From contig OZ220089.1 of the NCBI GenBank assembly GCA_964291625.2, positions 3,040,001-3,104,000 on the forward strand: a stretch of DNA of 64,000 nt, given 5' to 3'. Origin of the DNA: Candidatus Latescibacterota bacterium. GTDB taxonomy: Bacteria; Latescibacterota; UBA2968; UBA8231. Shown piece by piece: positions 1 to 12,500 of this stretch (the first letter of the stretch is position 1; every line of letters begins with the position of its first letter). A model generated the notes under the pieces. The model saw only the letters and a list, made by a program, of their open reading frames with translations. It was not told the origin of the DNA and did no database searches. A program made the translations under genes and the position numbers.

Positions 1-3000
1 GAGTGCCAGCTTGCCGACCCGCACCTGACCGCCGGCGACGAGGCGGTAGAGGTACAGCCCCGAAGCGACGGGACGGCCGGCCTCGTCGGTGCCGGACCAG
101 ACGCGGGTGTGGAGCCCGGCCTCCAGGATCTCGCCGCGGATCAGCTCGGCCACGACCTGGCCGGCCGTGTTGTGGATGGCCAGGGTCACCGGCCCCGCCT
201 CCGGCAGCTGGAAGCGCAGGGTGGTCTCCGGGTTGAACGGGTTCGGTCCGGGGCGCACCGCCAGGGAGTCGGCCCCCGCCAGCCAGCTGGCCGCCGGCCC
301 CTCGGCCACCGGCTTGGCGAAGACCACCAGGTCGTCCTCGCCGGGTTCGGGGACCTCGCCTTCGGGCATCAGCTCGTCCTCGGTCTCTTCGTGGACACCT
401 CGGTCCCCCGCGGAGCCGCCGGGGCCCAGGGGCTGCGCCGTGGTCTGGGCCACGGTGCCGTAGCCGATCGGGTTGCGGGCCCGCACCTGGAAGGTGTACG
501 AGGAGCCGTCGTTGAAGTTGGTCCAGCTCTTGCTGCGCGCGTTGGCCCCGCCGGCGCGGCGGTACCAGCCGCGCCAGTCGCCATCGCCCTCCTTGTATCG
601 GTAGTAGTAGTGCTGGATGGCCGAGCCGTTGGAATCGGCCTCCTCCCAGGTCAGCTCCATGAAGCCGTGGCCGCCCTGCCGGTCGGTGGCCAGGCTCTGC
701 GGCGCCCCCGGAGGCCCGGCCGGGGTGACGCTGGCCGCCGCCGCCGGGCCCTCGCCGAGGCCGTTCTCGGCGACCACCTCGAAGGTGTAGCGGATGCCGT
801 TGGTCAGGCCGAACACGGTCTTGGAGCGGGCCCCGTGGCCGCCGGAGACGGTGGACCAGGTCGACCAGTCGTCGGTGCCGGCCCGGCGGCGGATCTCGTA
901 GTGCCGGATGTGGGAGCCGTTGGAATCGGCCGCCGACCAGGAGACCGTCGACCGGCGGCTGCCCTGCGAGGCCGCCAGGCTCTTGGGCGCCGACGGCTTG
1001 CCGGCGGGCCGGGCCCTCTCGTTGTCGCTCGGCCCGAAGCCCTCGGAGTTGTGGCCCCGGATGTAGAAGGTGTAGGTGGTGCCGTTGGTCAGGCCGGTCA
1101 CGGTCTGACTGCGGGCGTTGCCGTCACCGTTGGCGCCGCCCACCCGCGACCAGGACGCCGGCCCGGGGCTGCGCCGGTACTGGTAGTAGTCGATGGCGGC
1201 GCCCCGGTTGTCGGCCGCGCCCCAGGAGAGGGTGACCTGGCCGTCGCCGGGCGCGGCCTCGAAGCCGGGCGGCGCCTTGGGCTTGTTGGGGCGGACCACG
1301 CCCTGGGTCCGGCCGGAAGCGCTCTTGCCGGCGCCGTGGTTGTCCGAATAGGTCCGGGAGGCCACCAGGTGCCGCCCGACAGCGCTTTTCCAGGCCGTCC
1401 AGGTGTCCCCGACCCTGGGGACGTTGTCGCCTGGACCGTCCTCGCCCCGGGAGGCGGCTGCCGCCGAGCTCCAGCTCCAGGGATCACCTCTGATGCCTCC
1501 GTCCTCGTCGCTGAGGACGGCGTTGACGGTCTCGCCGACGCGGGGGCTGTCCGGGGTGACGGTGACCTCGCCGGGATCGTCCTCGTTGCCGACGGCGATG
1601 GTCACGGCGTAGCTGTGGCTGGCGCCGTGCGGGTCCGTCGCCTGGACGCTGACGGAATAGCTCCTGGCATCGACCTCGTAGTTGGGCGCCTCGTCGAAGG
1701 CCAGGGTCGTCGATCCCCCGGCGGCCCCGGACGTGGGACTCACGCTGAAGCCGGAGCCGGTGGTCCAGGTGAGGCGGTCGCCGTCCGGGTCCGTGCCGGT
1801 GTAGGTGCCGACGGTGGGGGTGCCCTCGGGGACCGTGACGGGGTTGTCCGGGCCGGTCACCGCGGGGCCTCGGTTGACCGGCGTGACCGTGGCGGTGGCC
1901 GTTTCCGTGCCGCTGTGGCCGGCGCTGTTGCCGGCGGTCAGCTCGAACTCGTAGGCGCCGGCGGCCAGCCCGGTGATCCCGACCGACGTGGAGGTGGTGT
2001 CGTCGGTCGTCCACGTCGGGCTTCCCGAGAGCCGATACTTGTAGGTGTAGGTCACGCTGGCGCCGCAGTCATTCGGCGCCGTCCAGGCCAGATCCGCCCG
2101 TCCCCGACCGCCGGTGGCGGTGAAACCGGGGATGGCGCGGGGGGCGTTGGCCCGCACGGTCCCGGAGGTCTTGGTGACGGTATTCCGGTCGGAGGCGTTG
2201 TCGCGGTAGCCCACGGTGACCGAGACCGTCCGGCCCACGGCCGAGTTCGGCGGCAGATAGCTCTGGGTGGTCGACGTGCCCTCCGACCGTCTCCGAGAGA
2301 CCGGCGGCGGATCCCAGGTCCATCCGTAGGTGAATCCAGGAGGCGGCGTTCCGGTCGTACGGATGCCGCCGTCCTCGTCCCGGAGGGTGCCGGTCGTGTG
2401 GGCACAGGTCTGCGGGGCGGTTGGATCCAAGGTGATCGTTCCGGCCTCGGGCACGTTCGTCACCCGGACCGTCACCGGCCGGCTCTTGGAGACCGACCCG
2501 GCTCGGACTCCCACGGTCACCGCGTAGGCGCTCTTGGTCTCGTGGTCAGGTGCGGTTTTGAACTCCAGCGCTTGCGACGACCCGGAGCCGGTCCACTCCT
2601 CGAAGGACGAGGCGTCGGCGCCGGACAGGGTCCAGCTCAGCGAGGGACAGTGCGAGGCGGTGGCCGTGTAGGTGGCCACCGGGCCGGTGCCGTTCTCGTC
2701 GTAGTCCACTTCCGCCGGCCCCTCCAGCGTCAGGCTGCACGGCCGCTGCCGCACCGTCCCGGTCGAGGTCGTGTCGGCGCTCTGCCCGGAGCCGTGGACG
2801 TCGCTGTAGCTCACCGACACCCCAAGAATCTGGCCCGCGGCCGACGACGGCACCGTGTAGTAGTAGGAAACCGCCTCCGTCGGAGGCGGAGGCGAGCGGG
2901 CTGCGCTCTCCTCGGCGCTCCAGGCCCACGTCGGGCCGGTGATCCCGCCGTCCGGGTCGGTGAGGGTGGCCCAGATTCGGTCGCCCACGTAGGGGCGGCT

Positions 3001-6000
3001 GTCCGACAGGGTCACCGTGCCCGGCTCGTTGACGTTGGTCACGGTCACGGTCACCGTCCGGGTGGTGTCCTCCTCCGGCGAGCCGTCGTCGGTGGCCCGG
3101 ATCTTCACCGTGTAGGTGTAGCTGGTCAGGGCCTCGTAGTCCTTGGCGCTTTGGAAGGCCAGGACGCCGCTGTCCCGGCCGATGCGGAACGTGCCGCTCC
3201 CCGTCACCAGCTCCCAGGTGACGGAGTCGTCTTCCGGGTCGGTGGCCGTGTAGGTGGCCACCTCGGTGGTGTTCTCGGGCACCGACTTGCTCGCCGGGCC
3301 CGAGATCGCCGGCGGCTCGTTGACGTCGGTCACGTTCACCGTCACCTCCCGGCTCGTCGAGGCCGACCCGTCGGTGACCCCCGCGGTCACTCGGTAGGAG
3401 CTCTGGGTCTCGTGGTCGGGCGGGTCGTTGAACTCGAGCGTCTGCGACGACCCGGAGCCGGTCCACGCCTCGAAGGCCGAGGCGTCGGCGCCGGACAGCG
3501 TCCAGCTCAGCGCCCGGGTCGGGTGGCAGCCGCTCGAGCGGGTCACCGTGTAGGTGGCCACCGCCCCGGTGCCGTTCTCGGCGTAGGAGACCGGGCTCGA
3601 CTCCGACGCCGTCAGCGTCAGCACGCAACTCGGCGGCGGCGGCACCGGCCCGGAGTTCCCGCCGGCGCTCTTGTCCGAGCCGTGGGCGTCGTCATAGGTC
3701 ACGGTGACTCGCAGGCGGTAGTCCACATTCTGGGCCGTCGGGGTGTACTGCCCCGTGGGGCTGAAGGTGTCGCGGGCGCCGCGCGGGGCGTCCGCGTGCG
3801 ACCAGTGCCAGTTCCGGTGGTTCCTCACACCGCCGTCCGGATCCTCCACGGTCGCGGTGACGGTTTGCCCCACTTTCGGCGGGTTCGGCGAAAAGCTCAC
3901 CACCCCCGGCTCGTCCACGTTTCTCACCGACACCGACACGGCCAGGGTGTCGGCGGCCTTCCCGGGGTCGGTGGCCACCACCTCGACGCTGTAGACGCTG
4001 TCGCCGTCGGCATCGGCCGGCGCCTCGTAGTCCGGCGCCGCCCCGAAGCGCAGGGCCCCGGTCGAGCCGATCGTGAAGGCCGACGAGTCGGCCCCCGCCC
4101 TCGACCACGTGACCCGGTCGCCGTCGGCGTCCGTGGCCGCATAGGTCCCCACGCGGGTGCTGTCCTCGTCCACCGTGACCGCCGCCGACCCCGAGATCAC
4201 CGGGGCCCGGTTGGTCGAGAGCACCGGCCCGGTCGAGGTCGTGTCGGCGCTCTGGCGGCCGTGGGCGTCGGTGTAGCTCACCGAGGCCCGCAGAATCTGG
4301 CCGGCGGCCGAGGACGGCACCGTGTAGCGATACGACTGCGTCGACGGCGAGCGAGAGCGGCTTTCCGCGGTGCGCCAGGACCAGGTCGGTCCGGTGACCC
4401 CGTCCGGGTCGGTGAGGGTGGCCGTGGCCTGATCGCCCACATGGGGGCGGCTCGGCGACATCGTCACCTTCCCCGGCTCGTCCACGTCGGTCACCGTCAC
4501 GACCACCGAAAACGGGGTGGAGGAATACACGCCTCCGTACTCGGCCATCAGGTCCACGTGGTAGACGTTGTTGCCGCCGTCGTCCACCGGCTGCTCGTAG
4601 TCGGGCCGGCTCTCTTCCACGAATTCGAGGGTGTTCCCGTCCACCCGGAACCGCGGCGCATCGTCGCCGCTCAGGGACCACGTCACCGGCGCCACCGGCG
4701 CGTCCGACGGGTCGGTGGCCCGGTAGGCGGCCACCGTCCGGCGATTCTCCTCGACCTTGACGCTGTCGGGCCCGACCACCTGCAGGGTCACGTCCAGAAG
4801 GTCCACCGTGGCCGTCGGATGCGCGCCCGGAGCGATCCCGTCCGGCAGATCCTTGAACCCCACAAGCACCGACTCGTCGTCGCTGTCGGCATCGGGGCGG
4901 GCCACGATCCGGAACGAGTCGGTGGCCGCCGACGCCGTGAACGACACGGTGCTGTCCGCCGCCAGGTCCACCGTCTCGAAGTCGCCGGCCTCGGTGCCCG
5001 GACCCGGCCGCACCGTCACCTTCACCGTCACCGCCGCCACCGGCGCCCGGGGCATGTGCACCTTCACCGTCGCCGTGTCCCCGTCTTCCGTGGCCACGTA
5101 CGACGAGGCGTCGAACGAGACCGTGTCCGGCCGCGGCACCACCGGGCCGACGAAGTCGGTGCCTTTCCCCCGGCCGGCCCCGTTGATCGCCCACACCTTG
5201 AAGGTGTAGGCCGTGCCGTTCGTCAGACCGTCGACCGTGTGGCTCGTGGTCACCTCCACCGTGTCCTTCGTCGTCTCGCCGCCGCCGTCCTGGCGATACC
5301 CGTAGCCGGTGAGGGCCGAGCCGTGGGTCTTCAGCGGCGGCTCCCAGGTCAGGTGCACCTTTCGGTGCCCCGGCGTCAATCGCAGGTTCAGGGGCACCGA
5401 CGGCACATCGATGACGGGGTCCGACCAAGCGCTCTCGGCTCTCTGGCCCGCCCCGTGACGGTCGCGGTAGGTCACCTTCGCCATCACTTTCCTGCCCACC
5501 AGCACCGGGTGGGGATAGACGGTCTGCTCTCGGAGGGTGGGCAGGGGATCGCCGGCCGCGGCCTGGCGCCCATAGGTCTGGCTGCTCCGGGACCAGACCC
5601 ACTGCGGATTCTCCTCGACCCCGTCCGGGTCCCGCAACGTCGCCGTCAACGCCTGGTTGGCCCGGGGCCTCGTCGGCGACAGGGTCACCCGGCCCGGCTC
5701 GTTCACGTCCGTCACCGTCACTTCCACTCGCTTGGTAAAGGTCGGAGGCGGCGCCGCCCGCGGATTCAATGGCCCCCCGTCTCCAGAGACAGGCGCCGCC
5801 CGCAGCCACACCACGTAGAGGTTGTCCTCGCCGGTATCCCGCGGCTCCTCGAAGTCCGGCGCCGACCGAAACCTCAACCTCCCCAGCCCGTCCAACTCGA
5901 AGTGCGTGCTGTCCTCGATGTCCGACACCCGCAGCCGGTAGGGAGTCTCGGACAAGCCGACCGGGGCGTGGAACCGGTAGGTCCCCACCGTGTCCGGGCT

Positions 6001-8305
6001 GTGCTCGGCAAAGTCGACCGCGGCCGGTCCCCGGATCGGATGCCGGGGCGTGGCCTTCGCCTCCGCCACCTCGCTGTAGTCCACCTCGTTCCGGGCTCGC
6101 ATCTGGAACGTGTACTCGGTGTCGTTGACCAGGTTGCGCAGGGTGTCCCGGCGCACCGAATGCGGGGTCCAGTCCGGGTTCCACGTAACCCCGCCGTCGG
6201 TGCTGTAGCGCCGCTCATGCCGCTGGATGGCGGAGCCGTTGTCCTCCCCCGGGCTCCAACTCAGGAACACCTTCTCGTGCCCCTCCTCCACCGTCAGTTC
6301 GGGCGGCTCCGGCGGCCCGGCCAGCGTCACCTCCACGGCTTCGGATTCGCCCGTGCCGCTCCAATTGACCGCCTGCACCTTGAAGTGGTAGGTCCCTCCC
6401 AGGGTCAGGTTCTCAACGGTGTACGAGGTCGTGGACCAATCGCTCGGATCGACCCTCAGCCAGTCTCCCCAATCCGCGGGCCCCTGTTTCACCTGGTACT
6501 CCCAGCGGGTGATAGACGGATTCAGCGGGTCATCCCAAGACAGCGCAACCGATCTCTCATCGAAGTTCGTTTGCGCCGCTAAACCTGTGGGCAATGCGGG
6601 CTTGGGCGTATTCCAGATTTCCGTATGGCCCAGGGAAACCGACCCTCCCTCCATCACATGGATGCCACCCCAACCTGGAGGAGGGCCGGCGCCAAAAATC
6701 ACTGGGCTCCCAAAACGAACGGAATCGCTCACGGTTCCCTTGGCGATCAGATGGCCATACACGAAAATTTCAGCGCGTCTCGCGTCGGACCCGGTCGCAG
6801 AAAACTGATGACGATCCGTTACGGGCACGAACTCGGCAACGGTTCCACGCTCTACCGTCAGAGTATCACCCGGAAATACCACGATGTCCCCCTGCAATTT
6901 CAAGGTATCAATCGAGGCGGAAGCACTATCCCCCCAAGTTTCGTGGCCGATGATCACCCAATGATGGTAGTGACTATAGGGCAATTCTTCATGACCGGTT
7001 CAATAGAAGGGATCGCGGTTCATGATAGAAGGGATCGCGGTTCCCGGGGGGCCCAAGCTCCGCCACTTCGTCAAACTCTAGATTTCCCCAACTATTGGTC
7101 TCGCTGTCGTAAGGACCATGCGTTGGGCTTGTGTCTATACCCGGGCCATCGACGTGTGGTGTGCCCCACCGTATCTGCGCCCCTAACCAACTCAATGTAT
7201 CGGGAAGGTTCATGTTATTGCTGTTCCTGGGATCGGGATCAGGCAACAGCACCAAGTTGTAGCTCTCCCACAAATCGTTATGAGATCCATTGGCTTGCGT
7301 GCTCAACACCTTCCCCGTATGGGTCATATATTCCTTGTCTGGAAGGATCGGAATCACTCCCTTCTCTCCTGAATCTCGCTGAATGAATCCATCAGTAATG
7401 TCGTGCATATCGATGGTACCGCCAACGGGAAATGCCCCATGCGAGCCGGCTCCCACGTAGACGACTGGATGGGTTCCTTGGCTTAGCTTTAGGGCTTCTT
7501 CCGGGTTGAACTCAAAACTGGAGGTGAATCCCGCGTGATCGGGGAAATCTCTATAGTACGTCACCCACGCCCCATGAAACCTATACTCCACACCTATGAC
7601 CTCGATAGAGGTATCATCAGGATCGCTCGAACTGACAACGACATCGACACGCTGCCAGTCGCCCTCATGGTTATTCCACCAATCGTTATAGGGATAGAAG
7701 TAATAGTATTGGATTACATAGAGTGTGCCGGTATAATTACTGTGAGTTGTTGAGTCTATATGGACATAGGCCGTACTGGGATGGTCGCTTCCCTTGTGGT
7801 CATTGTCGGAGCCATCGTAAGTATCTTCGCCGAAATAAGCAGCGTTCCACTCTTCTGAAGTCGCCCCAGGATAGTCCCAATAAGCTTCCAGTGTGTACTT
7901 CCCCTTACTGTACTGGTGTCCTTCTATTGCAGGCCTCCCTGTATATCCAAAGCCCCGGAAGGCGAAGGAAAAGCGATTCTGGGGAAATTCTACCCCTGCA
8001 AATACTGGGGGAGGATTCCAATCGGCAAACGACCTCCAACCAAAACTCCCTCCCACCTTTTGACCTTGAAGATTGTATATCTTGAATCGTATAGAATCAG
8101 CTGATTGAGCACTGATAATGCTCACCGGTTCTGGTTTGGTTACCCGAATAGGGACTTCCTCATCATATACATCTGCGGCTTCCTCCGTCAGGATCAAAAT
8201 TGGAGAAAAGATCTCGGCCAATTTCCCTTTGTCCTCATTACTGATCCCAGCCGTTTCCTCAAATAGGAGCATGGCAAGAAGAAGGGCGGAAGTGAAAAGT
8301 CGCAT
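1..8305 (-). CDS. Giant secreted protein (~2750 aa, 3' end just off the window): Vps62/NPP1-like head, FN3/cadherin/Ig stalk, C-terminal FlgD-Ig (PNPFN) domain; frameshifted by a 31-bp insertion at ~6990-7020
   Basis: ATG at 8305 after an GAGAGGA RBS gives signal-like MRLFTSALLLAMLLF. Head has QYYYFYPYNDWWNNHEGDWQ and HPVVYVGAGSHG. After the insertion, the frame reading HEELPYSHYHH at 6993 stays open to base 1 and ends ...SGLYLYRLVAGGQVRVGKLAL. The ORF track misses this part because its stop lies outside the window; + ORF 109..6582 is its antisense shadow. Confidence 0.85.
3010..5721. repeat. ~2.7-kb direct repeat, copy 1 (stalk block shared with 12140-14851)
   Basis: Sequence reads the same at an offset of 9130. 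Shadow ORFs 3743..3994/12873..13124 and 4757..5209/13887..14339 have identical translations. Confidence 0.95.
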
Positions 8306-8330
8306 GACCGATAGTGTCCTCTCTTTGCCA

Positions 8331-8945
8331 CTAGAAGCGTAGCGTAAGGATGGCAGATAGGCCCCCGTTGTGCTTCGGGACCAGGCCGACCAAGGTGTGA
8401 CGGGTTTCGGGCAAATCGAGCGCAGCCACAGGGGGATTGCGCCATAGTTCTGACGCAATCGTTGCACCAACAATAGGTCCGAGAAACGCACTCAAGAGAA
8501 ATATCGGCGCGACAAACTCCTCGTCTTGGAAAGCATAGCCCAAAGCATAAGGCACACCTACCCCCGCCAGCACACTACCCGTGAGTGCCATGCGGAGACT
8601 ATCATGCGGATCAACTGCGCTCACCCCAACCGCGGTTCCAACTACGTTGCCGCCCCAGAATCCCATAAGAGCAGGAATACCCCAACCAAAACTACCATCG
8701 TCGATACCCACCATGACGACCGCTCCTGCGAGACCGCCACCCACGCCACCTAGGGCGCCGGCTAGGCACTTCTTGTCAATACGGTCATCGTAGCCTTTTC
8801 TGTCGCTCCTTTCTTGTTGCTGCGGCGGGCTGTTCTGTCCAGCAGTGCCCCCCTCGCCGCTTCTCTTGGCCGCCGCCTCCTGCGCCGGCCCCAGTAGCGC
8901 TAGGCTGATGCTTGGGATGACAACGAGTCGTCGCAGTGGTCGCAT
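8331..8945 (-). CDS. Hypothetical exported/membrane protein with Gly-rich hydrophobic helices and a C-terminal ...LTLRF strand
   Basis: ATG at 8945 after a GAGGGG RBS (MRPLRRLVVIPSISLALLGPAQEAAA), in frame within ORF 8331..9203. Lies directly upstream of the first giant gene. Confidence 0.7.
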   Translation of the reverse strand: MRPLRRLVVIPSISLALLGPAQEAAAKRSGEGGTAGQNSPPQQQERSDRKGYDDRIDKKCLAGALGGVGGGLAGAVVMVGIDDGSFGWGIPALMGFWGGNVVGTAVGVSAVDPHDSLRMALTGSVLAGVGVPYALGYAFQDEEFVAPIFLLSAFLGPIVGATIASELWRNPPVAALDLPETRHTLVGLVPKHNGGLSAILTLRF

Positions 8946-9300
8946 GCGGATCCCCTCTCTCAGATGGTGCTGTTGGGGGTTGGAGCGGTGCTTGATCAGG
9001 TCGTGGTGGAAGGAGCAGCCACCGGCCTGCAGAGTAACGGGCCGTTCCCGGTCGGTGGCGGCGTCGGGGATCTTCATTTCCTTGCGCTCCCCGACCATCC
9101 ACGGTTCGCTGTCGTCAACGGCGTCGAACTTGTGGCTGCCACTCAGCCCCGCCAAGACGACTGCCAGGCTCAACCGGTGCGGGTGGTGCGTCCGCGTGCG
9201 CATGGTTCATCCCTCCTCTCTCTTCTTTGGATCGGGGTGCAGAGTCATGCCCCCTCCCGGGTACTCGGCCAACCTCTTCGCTGTCTTCCCCAAGGTGCTG
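8946..9300 (-). pseudogene. Relic 5' end plus leader of a partner-type gene (paralog of the 22770-23561 start)
   Basis: MRTRTHHPHRLSLAVVLAGLSG resembles MRTRHTHPLILAVVLVALTG. The upstream ~95 nt (9205-9300) closely matches 23565-23658. Confidence 0.6.
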
Positions 9301-9520
9301 TGTCCAGCTCCAATGAGTAACCGAAACCCCTGCGGGCGTGGATCAACCTTTGGACTGTCGGCTGGATTATTGATCAGGACTTCCTTTCGCCACATGACGC
9401 AGCTTTGGTCATCAGGGTGTTAGCGGAGTCTATCGAGAGGCAATGTGGTAATGTGAGCCAGTAGCCTCACCCTGAGATTGGACCCCTTGGATAGTTGGCG
9501 GCGGCCAGACGACGGATGAG

Positions 9521-9544
9521 GGCGCGCGTACCCTACCGCGCGCC
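9521..9544. terminator. GC-rich hairpin downstream of the 3051-aa gene (possible terminator, no clear U tract)
   Basis: ggcgcgcg-taccctac-cgcgcgcc is a perfect 8-bp stem about 30 nt after the stop codon. Confidence 0.35.
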
Positions 9545-9571
9545 GGACACCACCGCCTTGGGAAATCCTCT

Positions 9572-12500
9572 CTACCGGATGAGGGCGAGCTTGCCCAGAT
9601 GGATTCTGTCTCCGGCGATCAGGCGGTAGAGGTAGATCCCCGATCCGACCGGCCGGCCCCGGTCGTCGACGCCAGGCCACGCCAGGGCGTGCAGGCCGGC
9701 CTCCAGGGGGGTGTTCTCGTAGAGCCGGGCCACCGTCTGTCCGGTGAGGCTGTGGACGGACAGGGTCACCTCCCCCTCCTCGGGCAGGGCCAGGTGGATC
9801 AGGGTCTGTGAGTTGAACGGGTTCGGCGCCGTCAGCACCCCGAACCCCGTCGAGTCCGCGAAGGCGGCCACGGGCTTGAACCGGGCCGATCTCTGCTCCT
9901 CGGCCGGCACGGTGTAGTAGCCGTACGGTCCCATGCCGACAGAGTTTCTGGCTCGCACGCGGTAGCGGTGCTGCTCGCTGTTTGGCGAGGACGAGTCGGT
10001 GAATTCCGTCGAGGTGACGGTGGTTTCCGAGTCCCAGAAGAAGGTCCCTCTCTTGCTCCAGTAGTACGTCGTGATCGCCGATCCGTTGTCCTCGGGCTCG
10101 TCCCAGGAGACGGTCACGGAGTTGGCGGAACTCCGGCCGTGGCTGAACCCGCCGGGCGCGTCCGGCTTGCCCGCCGGGGTCGCCGAATCGCTGGACGGCG
10201 GCCCGAACCCCTCGGAGTTGTGGGCCCGGACCTGGAAGTCGTAGGGGGTGCCGTTGTCCAGGCCGGTCACCGTCTTGGTGCGGCTCGTGCCCGTGGACTG
10301 CCAGGTGGTGCCGTTGCGCCGCCACTGGTAGTAGTCGATGGCGGCGCCCTGGTCGTCGGCCGCGCCCCAGGAGAGGCGGACCTGGCCGTCGCCGCGCACG
10401 GCGTCGAAGTCGGGCGGCGCCTTGGGCTTGTTGGCGCGGACCACGCCCTGGGTGCGGCCGGAAGCGCTCTTGCCGGAGCCGTGGTTGTCCGAGTAGGTCC
10501 GGGAGGCGACCAGGTGCCGTCCGACGGCGCCCTTCCAGGCCGTCCAGGTGTTGCCGACCCTGGGGACGTTGTCGCCTGGACCGTCCTGTCCCCGTGCGGC
10601 GGCCGCTTCCGAGCTCCAGCTCCAAGGATCTCCTCTGACGCCTCCGTCCTCGTCGGTGAGGACGGCATTGACGGTCTCGCCGACGCGGGGGCTGTCCGGG
10701 GTGACGGTGACCTCGCCGGGATCGTCCTCGTTGCCGACGGCGATGGTCACGGCGTAGCTGTGGCTGGCGCCGTGCGGGTCGGTGGCCGTGACCGTGGTGG
10801 ACTGGCTGGTGGCATCGACCTCGTAGTTGGGCGCCTCGTCGAAGGCCAGGGTCGTCGATTCACCGGAAGGCCCGGACGTGGGACTGACGCTGAAGCCGGA
10901 GCCGGTGGTCCAGGTGAGGCGGTCGCCGTCCGGGTCCGTGCCGGTGTAGGTGCCGACGGGGGTGGTGTCCTCCGGGACCGTGGGGTTGGCCGGGCCGGTC
11001 ACCACGGGGGGTCGGTTGACGGGCGTGACCGTGGCGGTGGCCGTTTCCGTGCCGCTGGTGCCGGCGCTGTTGCCGGCGGTCAGCTCGAACTCGTAGGCGC
11101 CGGCGGCCAGCCCGGTGATCCCGGCCGACGTGGAGGTGGTGGTGCGCGTGGTCCACGTCGTACTTCCCGAGAGCCGATACTTGTAGGTGTAGGTCACGCT
11201 GGCGCCGCAGTCGTTCGGCGCCGTCCAGGCCAGATCCACCCGTCCCCGACCGCCGGTGGCCGAAAAACCGGGGATGGCGCGAGGGGTGTTGACCTGCACC
11301 GCGGCCGTGGTCCTGGTGGCGGTGTTCCGGCTCGAGGCGTTGTCCCCGTACTGCACGGTCACCCGGATCGTCTGGCCCACCAGCGAATTGGACGGCAGAT
11401 AGCTCTGCGTCGTGGAGGTCGTCGCCGGGCTGCGGGAAGAGGTCTGCGGAATCCACTGCCAGCCGTAGGGGAAGCCCGGCGGCGAGTCGGAAGACTCCGT
11501 GTTGATGCCGCCGTCGGCATCGGTGAGAGTGGCCTCCAAATGGGCGCACGTGCTCGGCGGGTCGGGGGCCAAGGTGAGGGTGCCGGGGGCGCCCGTGACC
11601 GTGGCGGTGGCCGTCTCCGTGGCGCTGTTGCCGGCGCGGTTGCCGGCGGTCAGCTCGAACTCGTAGGCGCCGGCGGCCAGCCCGGTGATCCCGGCCGAGG
11701 TGGAGGTGGTGGTGCGCGTCGTCCACGAGCCCCCCGAGAGCCGATACTTGTAGGTGTAGGTCACGCTGGCGCCGCAGTCATTCGGCGCCGTCCAGGCCAG
11801 ATCCGCCCGCCTCTGACCGCCGGTGGCGGTGAAGCGGGGGATGGAGCGCGGAGCGTTGGCCCGCACCACCCCCGAGGTCGTGGTGGCGGTGTTCCGGCTT
11901 GAGGCGTTGTCCCCGTACTGCAAGGTCACCCGGATCGTCTGGCCTACCAGCGAATTGGACGGCAGATAGCTCTGCGTCGTGGAGGTGGCCGTCGGGCTGC
12001 GGGAAGAGGTCTGCGGAATCCACTGCCAGCCGTAGGGGAAGCCCGGCGGCGAGTCGGAAGACTCCGTGTTGATGCCGCCGTCCTCGTCCCGGAGGGTGCC
12101 TGTCGTGTGGGCACAGGTCTGCGGGGCGGTTGGATCCAAGGTCACCGTGCCCGGCTCGTTGACGTTGGTCACGGTCACGGTCACCGTCCGGGTGGTGTCC
12201 TCCTCCGGCGAGCCGTCGTCGGTGGCCCGGATCTTCACCGTGTAGGTGTAGCTGGTCAGGGCCTCGTAGTCCTTGGCGCTTTGGAAGGCCAGGACGCCGC
12301 TGTCCCGGCCGATGCGGAACGTGCCGCTCCCCGTCACCAGCTCCCAGGTGACGGAGTCGTCTTCCGGGTCGGTGGCCGTGTAGGTGGCCACCTCGGTGGT
12401 GTTCTCGGGCACCGACTTGCTCGCCGGGCCCGAGATCGCCGGCGGCTCGTTGACGTCGGTCACGTTCACCGTCACCTCCCGGCTCGTCGAGGCCGACCCG

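Noticed and set aside
109-6582. 2157-aa plus-strand ORF (likewise 12107..15538 +, 9968..11902 +, 44342..50023 -, 35046..37100 -, 61003..62907 +)
   Set aside because: Antisense or alternate-frame shadows of GC-rich real genes; G/R/H-rich with no recognisable motifs.
6989-8491. Stand-alone 500-aa gene starting at 8491
   Set aside because: The RBS and signal peptide point to ATG 8305, and the stop arises from the 31-bp insertion.
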